Shown: positions 27,740-32,000 of the stretch, one piece after another
Layout of the letters: each line of letters opens with the position of its first letter
How positions within the stretch are numbered: position 1 is the stretch's first letter
From: Alkalilimnicola ehrlichii MLHE-1
GTDB taxonomy: Bacteria; Pseudomonadota; Gammaproteobacteria; Nitrococcales; Halorhodospiraceae
Assembly: GCF_000014785.1 (NCBI RefSeq)
Contig: NC_008340.1
Span: 1,260,001 to 1,292,000 of the forward strand
Direction of reading: 5' to 3'
Length of the DNA stretch: 32,000 nucleotides
Notes under the pieces: generated by a model
Databases searched by the model: none
What the model saw: only the letters and a program-made list of their open reading frames with translations
Told to the model about the DNA's origin: nothing
Translations under genes and position numbers: made by a program

Positions 27740-28924
27740 TCAGGCGCATTCCCTGGTCAGGAATGCCCGGATAAGGTCGGCGACCCCGGAGGCGATGCGG
27801 TCGGCCTCCTCGTCGCTGATCACCAGCGGGGGCAGCAGACGTACCACCGAGCCGGCGGTGACGTTGATCAGCAGGCCCTGCTCCAGCGCCTCGGTCACCA
27901 GCCCGGCACAGGGCTGCGTGAGCTCGATCCCGATCATCAGGCCCAGGCCGCGGATCTCCCGGACCCCGGAGTGATCGCCCAGCGCCTGCATCAGGCCCTC
28001 GCGGATCCGCCGACCCTGGACCGCGGCCCGCTCCGCCAGGCGGTCCTCCTCCAGGGTCTCCAGCACGGCCAGGGCCGCGCGGGCGGCCAGCGGGTTACCG
28101 CCGAAGGTGGAGCCGTGGTTCCCGGGGCCGAAGACGCCGCGCGCGGCACCTCCCACCAGACAGGCCCCGATGGGCACCCCGTTGCCCAGGCCCTTGGCCA
28201 GGCTGAGCACGTCGGGGCGGATGTTGGCGTGCTGGTAGGCGAACAGCCGGCCGGTGCGGCCCATACCGGTCTGCACTTCGTCCAGCATCAGCAGCCAGTC
28301 CTGCTGGTCGCAGAGTTCGCGCAGGCCGGGCAGGTAGTCCGCCGCCGGGGTGCGGACGCCGCCTTCGCCCTGGACCGGCTCCACCAGCACGGCGACGATG
28401 TCGTCGTGTTCGCGGGCGGCCCGGCGGGCCGCCTCCAGGTCATCGTAGGGGATGCGCAGAAAGCCCTCCGGAAGCGGTCCGAACCCCTCCTGGGCCGCCG
28501 GGTTGCCGGTGGCGGCCAGCGTCCCCAGGGTGCGGCCGTGGAAGGCGTTGTCCATCACCAGGATGCGCGGTCGCTCGATACCCCGCCGGTGGCCGTAGAG
28601 CCGGGCGAGCTTGATGGCCGCCTCGTTGGCCTCGGCGCCGGAGTTGCAGAAAAACACCTCGTCCAACCCGGCCACCTGGGTCAGGCGCGCCCCCAGCTGC
28701 TCCTGCACCGGAATCCGGTAGAGGTTCGAGGTGTGCAACAGGGTGGCCGCCTGTTCCTGCAGCGCGCGGGTGACCGCCGGGTGGGCGTGGCCCAGCCCGC
28801 AGACCGCGATGCCGGACAGGGCGTCCAGGTAGGCGCGCCCCTGGTCGTCCCACAGCCAGGCCCCTTCACCCCGCTCGAAGGCAACGGGCAGGCGCTTGTA
28901 AGTGGGCATGAGGGCTTCCAGCAT
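27740..28924 (-). CDS. argD: Acetylornithine/succinyldiaminopimelate aminotransferase
   Basis: [88 protein letters not shown]; adjacent to argF. Internal ATG 28909 is possible. Confidence 0.93.
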   Translation of the reverse strand: MLEALMPTYKRLPVAFERGEGAWLWDDQGRAYLDALSGIAVCGLGHAHPAVTRALQEQAATLLHTSNLYRIPVQEQLGARLTQVAGLDEVFFCNSGAEANEAAIKLARLYGHRRGIERPRILVMDNAFHGRTLGTLAATGNPAAQEGFGPLPEGFLRIPYDDLEAARRAAREHDDIVAVLVEPVQGEGGVRTPAADYLPGLRELCDQQDWLLMLDEVQTGMGRTGRLFAYQHANIRPDVLSLAKGLGNGVPIGACLVGGAARGVFGPGNHGSTFGGNPLAARAALAVLETLEEDRLAERAAVQGRRIREGLMQALGDHSGVREIRGLGLMIGIELTQPCAGLVTEALEQGLLINVTAGSVVRLLPPLVISDEEADRIASGVADLIRAFLTRECA

Positions 28925-29070
28925 GATCGGGCTCCGCGATGCCAGCGGGCGGCGAGGGCCGCCGGGGAAAAAGGGAGGATTCTAGAGAGGCCCCGGGCGG
29001 GGCGCAAGTTGCGTGCAGCCTGTTGGTTGGTCGGACAAATTGCCCAGAGGCCGCGGCGGTGGGCTGAAAC

Positions 29071-29108
29071 ACAAAGGCCCCGGTCGATGTGTTCGCCGGG
29101 GCCTTTGT
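29071..29108 (-). terminator. Rho-independent terminator for the superoxide dismutase gene
   Basis: 13-bp perfect stem ACAAAGGCCCCGG (29071-29083) / CCGGGGCCTTTGT (29096-29108). Confidence 0.6.
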
Positions 29109-29147
29109 GAACGGGGCGGTGCGGCCGCCCCGGGCGCGGTCCGGGCC

Positions 29148-29756
29148 TTACTTGGCCTCGGCCAGGCGCTTTGCCACCTCGTCCCAGTTGACCACGTCCC
29201 AGAAGGCCTCGACGTAGTCCGGACGGCGGTTCTGGTAGCGCAGGTAGTAGGCGTGCTCCCAGACATCCAGGCCCAGGATGGGGGTGCCCTTGACCTCGGC
29301 CACGTCCATCAGCGGGTTGTCCTGGTTGGGGGTGGAGGTGACCTGCAGCTGGCCCTGGCCGTTGACGATCAGCCAGGCCCAGCCGGAGCCGAAGCGGCCC
29401 AGGGCGGCGTTGGTGAACTCCTCACGGAACTTCTCGTAGGAGCCGAAGGCCTGGTCGATCTGCTGGGCCACCTCACCCTGCGGTTGACCGCCACCGTTGG
29501 GGGACAGCCACTGCCAGAAGGCGGTATGGTTCCAGTGGCCACCGCCGTTGTTACGCACCGGGGCACCCAGTTGGCCGGCCTTCTTCAGGAGGTCTTCCAG
29601 AGACAGATCGGCCTCCGGCTTGCCCGCGATGGCGTCGTTCAGCTTGGTGACGTAGGTGTTGTGGTGCTTGGTGTGGTGGATTTCCATCGTCTGGGCGTCG
29701 ATGGCGCGATCCAGCGCGTTATAGTCGTAAGCCAGATCGGGCAGCTTGAAAGCCAT
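29148..29756 (-). CDS. Superoxide dismutase, Fe/Mn family, closest to Mn type by motifs
   Basis: [83 protein letters not shown]. Confidence 0.95.
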   Translation of the reverse strand: MAFKLPDLAYDYNALDRAIDAQTMEIHHTKHHNTYVTKLNDAIAGKPEADLSLEDLLKKAGQLGAPVRNNGGGHWNHTAFWQWLSPNGGGQPQGEVAQQIDQAFGSYEKFREEFTNAALGRFGSGWAWLIVNGQGQLQVTSTPNQDNPLMDVAEVKGTPILGLDVWEHAYYLRYQNRRPDYVEAFWDVVNWDEVAKRLAEAK

Positions 29757-30015
29757 ATGATCGCTCCTCAGTATCTCCGTTTGGGAATGACAGCCGGTGG
29801 CCCGGCTCGCTCGATCGAGTTGTAAATTCCTTAGTACATTATTTGGGGACTCGAGCGGAATATCTCAACCCCCGTCCCGTTCCGCGTCCGCCCATTATAG
29901 GCTAATTGTGCAGTGCACCGGCATGGGATCAACTCTGTCGCAGCGGCAGGTACCATAACACCCAAAGCCTGATCTTGACCCGGCACGGCCCGACCGTGCC
30001 CCAGGAGCAACCACC

Positions 30016-31551
30016 ATGGACCCGATTGCCCTCAGTGTCTTTTCCAGCCGCATGGCCGCCGTCTGCGAGGAGATGGGCGCCGTGCTGCGGCGCACCGCCT
30101 TCTCGCCCAACATCCGCGACCGGCTGGATTTTTCCTGCGCGGTGTTCGATGCCGACGGCGGGCTGGCGGCGCAGGCCGCGCACATCCCGGTGCATCTGGG
30201 CAGCATGGCCTACGCCATGGCGGGGGTGATCCGGCGCTTCGACTGGCAGCCGGGGGACATGGTGGTCTTTAACGACCCCTTCCTGGGCGGTACCCACCTG
30301 CCCGATGTCACGCTCGTCTCGCCGCTGTTCGTGGATGGCGAACGGGTCGCCTTCCTGGCCAACCGCGCCCACCACGCGGATATCGGTGCGGTGACCCCGG
30401 GCTCCATGCCCCTGTCCACCACCCTGGAGGAGGAGGGGGTGCTCATCAGTCCGGTGCGGCTCTACCGGGCAGGCCGGCGCGACGAGGCCGTGTTGCAGCG
30501 CATCGTCTCGCGCACCCGCAACCCCCGGCAGGCGGGGGGCGACTTTGCCGCCCAGGCCAGTTCGGTCTCCAGCGGTGTGCACCGGCTGCAGGAACTGGTC
30601 GGGCGCATGGGGATGTCTGAGTTCCGGGCCGCCCTTGCGGCGTTGAACGATTACGCCGAGCGGCTGGTGCGGGCCGCCTTGGTGGACCTGCCCGACGGCA
30701 GGTGGACCTTTACCGACTACCTGGATGACGACGGCCAGGGGCAGCAGGACCTGCCCATCCAGGTGGCCCTGACCCTCGATCACCACGATGCCCACGTGGA
30801 CTTCGCCGGCTCCGCCGACCAGGTGCGGGGCAACCTGAACTGCCCCTTATCGGTGGCGGCCGCCGCCGTGTTCTACGCCTTCCGCTGTCTGATGCCGGAG
30901 CAGACCCCGGCCTGTGCCGGTGCCTTCCGGCCTATCACCCTGAGCGCCCCCGAGGGCAGCCTGCTCAACGCCCGCCACCCGGCCGCGGTGGCTGCCGGCA
31001 ATGTCGAGACCAGCCAGCGGGTGGTGGACGCGGTGCTGGGGGCGCTGGCGCCGGCGCTGCCGGACCGCATCCCCGCGGCCAGCCATGGCGGCATGAACAA
31101 CCTGGCCATGGGGGCGCTGGCGGAGGACTCGCCCTGGGACTACTACGAGACCCTGGGCGGCGGCATGGGCGGCGGTCCCCACCATCGCGGCCGGTCGGGC
31201 GTTCAGGTGCACATGACCAATACCCTCAACACCCCCCTGGAGGCGCTGGAGATGGCCTATCCGCTGCGTCTGCGCCGCTATGCCCTGCGCCGTGGCTCCG
31301 GCGGTGCCGGGCGCCATCCCGGAGGCGAGGGGGTGATCCGGGAGTACGAGTTTCTCACCCCCGCATCGGTCACGCTGATCACCGAACGGCGCCGCCATGC
31401 CCCCTGGGGGCTACAAGGTGGCGCGCCGGGCGCGGTGGGCGAGAACCGGCTCAACGGCGAGCTGCTGCCGGGCAAGGTGCGCCTGGAGGTGGCGGCCGGG
31501 GACCGGCTCACTGTCATGACCCCCGGGGGTGGCGGCTGGGGCGGTTCATAG
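30016..31551 (+). CDS. Hydantoinase B / oxoprolinase C-terminal family protein (HyuB-like)
   Basis: [68 protein letters not shown]...[25 protein letters not shown]...[14 protein letters not shown]...[15 protein letters not shown]. Confidence 0.92.
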   Translation: MDPIALSVFSSRMAAVCEEMGAVLRRTAFSPNIRDRLDFSCAVFDADGGLAAQAAHIPVHLGSMAYAMAGVIRRFDWQPGDMVVFNDPFLGGTHLPDVTLVSPLFVDGERVAFLANRAHHADIGAVTPGSMPLSTTLEEEGVLISPVRLYRAGRRDEAVLQRIVSRTRNPRQAGGDFAAQASSVSSGVHRLQELVGRMGMSEFRAALAALNDYAERLVRAALVDLPDGRWTFTDYLDDDGQGQQDLPIQVALTLDHHDAHVDFAGSADQVRGNLNCPLSVAAAAVFYAFRCLMPEQTPACAGAFRPITLSAPEGSLLNARHPAAVAAGNVETSQRVVDAVLGALAPALPDRIPAASHGGMNNLAMGALAEDSPWDYYETLGGGMGGGPHHRGRSGVQVHMTNTLNTPLEALEMAYPLRLRRYALRRGSGGAGRHPGGEGVIREYEFLTPASVTLITERRRHAPWGLQGGAPGAVGENRLNGELLPGKVRLEVAAGDRLTVMTPGGGGWGGS

Positions 31552-31609
31552 TGCTGTAACATTACTGCCTTTAAATAGCGGCCGTCGTTACCTGACGGGG
31601 ATTGGATGC

Positions 31610-32000
31610 ATGGCTGTCAATATACTGCTCGTGGAAGACGATGCGGCCGTTCGAGAGATGCTGCTGCTGCCGCTGCGGCGCGCGGGGTTCGAGATCACCG
31701 GCGTCGCTGATGTCGCCCAGGGCAAGGCGGCGCTTTTGGAGCGCGTGCCGGACCTGATCCTGCTGGACTGGATGCTGCCCGACGTCAGCGGCATCGATTG
31801 GGCGCGGGAGCTCAAGCGCGACCCCTTCACCCGCGATGTGCCGCTGATCATGCTCACCGCCCGTGGCGAGGAGGAGGACAAGGTGCGCGGTCTGGAGGTC
31901 GGCGCCGATGACTACGTCACCAAGCCGTTCTCGCCTCGGGAACTGATCGCCCGTATCCGGGCGGTGCTGAGACGGACGACGCCGGATGCCGGCGACCAAC
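31610..32000 (+). CDS. phoB: PhoB/OmpR-family response regulator, receiver domain, truncated by window end
   Basis: ATG 31610: [122 protein letters not shown]. This frame is open at the window edge and is missing from the ORF track. Confidence 0.8.
   Translation, partial: MAVNILLVEDDAAVREMLLLPLRRAGFEITGVADVAQGKAALLERVPDLILLDWMLPDVSGIDWARELKRDPFTRDVPLIMLTARGEEEDKVRGLEVGADDYVTKPFSPRELIARIRAVLRRTTPDAGDQ

Noticed and set aside
1-32000. CRISPR array, retron, toxin-antitoxin, transposon or phage defence system
   Set aside because: No regularly spaced repeats, transposase, reverse transcriptase, integrase or recognised defence domains in any supported gene; remaining intergenic gaps are short.

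Overview
This 32 kb, very GC-rich window looks like ordinary gammaproteobacterial chromosome (Ectothiorhodospiraceae-like by gene content, which is an inference). It is densely packed with about 24 protein-coding genes. In order: C-terminal fragment of a NosL-like copper chaperone and a CusF-like periplasmic protein (+); a four-gene peptide/nickel-type ABC importer with a fused double ATPase (-); an aspartate-type aminotransferase (-); uvrB, rluB and a TauE/SafE permease (+); a NIT-GGDEF-EAL protein (-); a NodI/NodJ-like exporter pair (+); imuB, imuA and lexA (-); relA (+); a methyl-accepting chemotaxis protein (-); a PAS-GGDEF-EAL protein (+); an FbpC/PotA-like ATPase, argF, argD and a superoxide dismutase (-); a stand-alone hydantoinase-B-like gene and the start of a PhoB-like regulator (+). 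I found no CRISPR array, transposase, phage module, rRNA or tRNA, and no convincing novel multi-gene system. The most unusual sequence feature is a 205-bp nested inverted repeat at 7900-8104, with 40-bp arms matching at 39/40, directly upstream of uvrB. Secondary points are: a perfect LexA box 5 nt from the lexA start codon, a lexA-imuA-imuB cassette with no adjacent dnaE2, a FliA-like promoter upstream of the chemotaxis gene, degenerate catalytic motifs in the NIT-GGDEF-EAL protein and in RelA, and orphan-looking ABC ATPase and HyuB genes.
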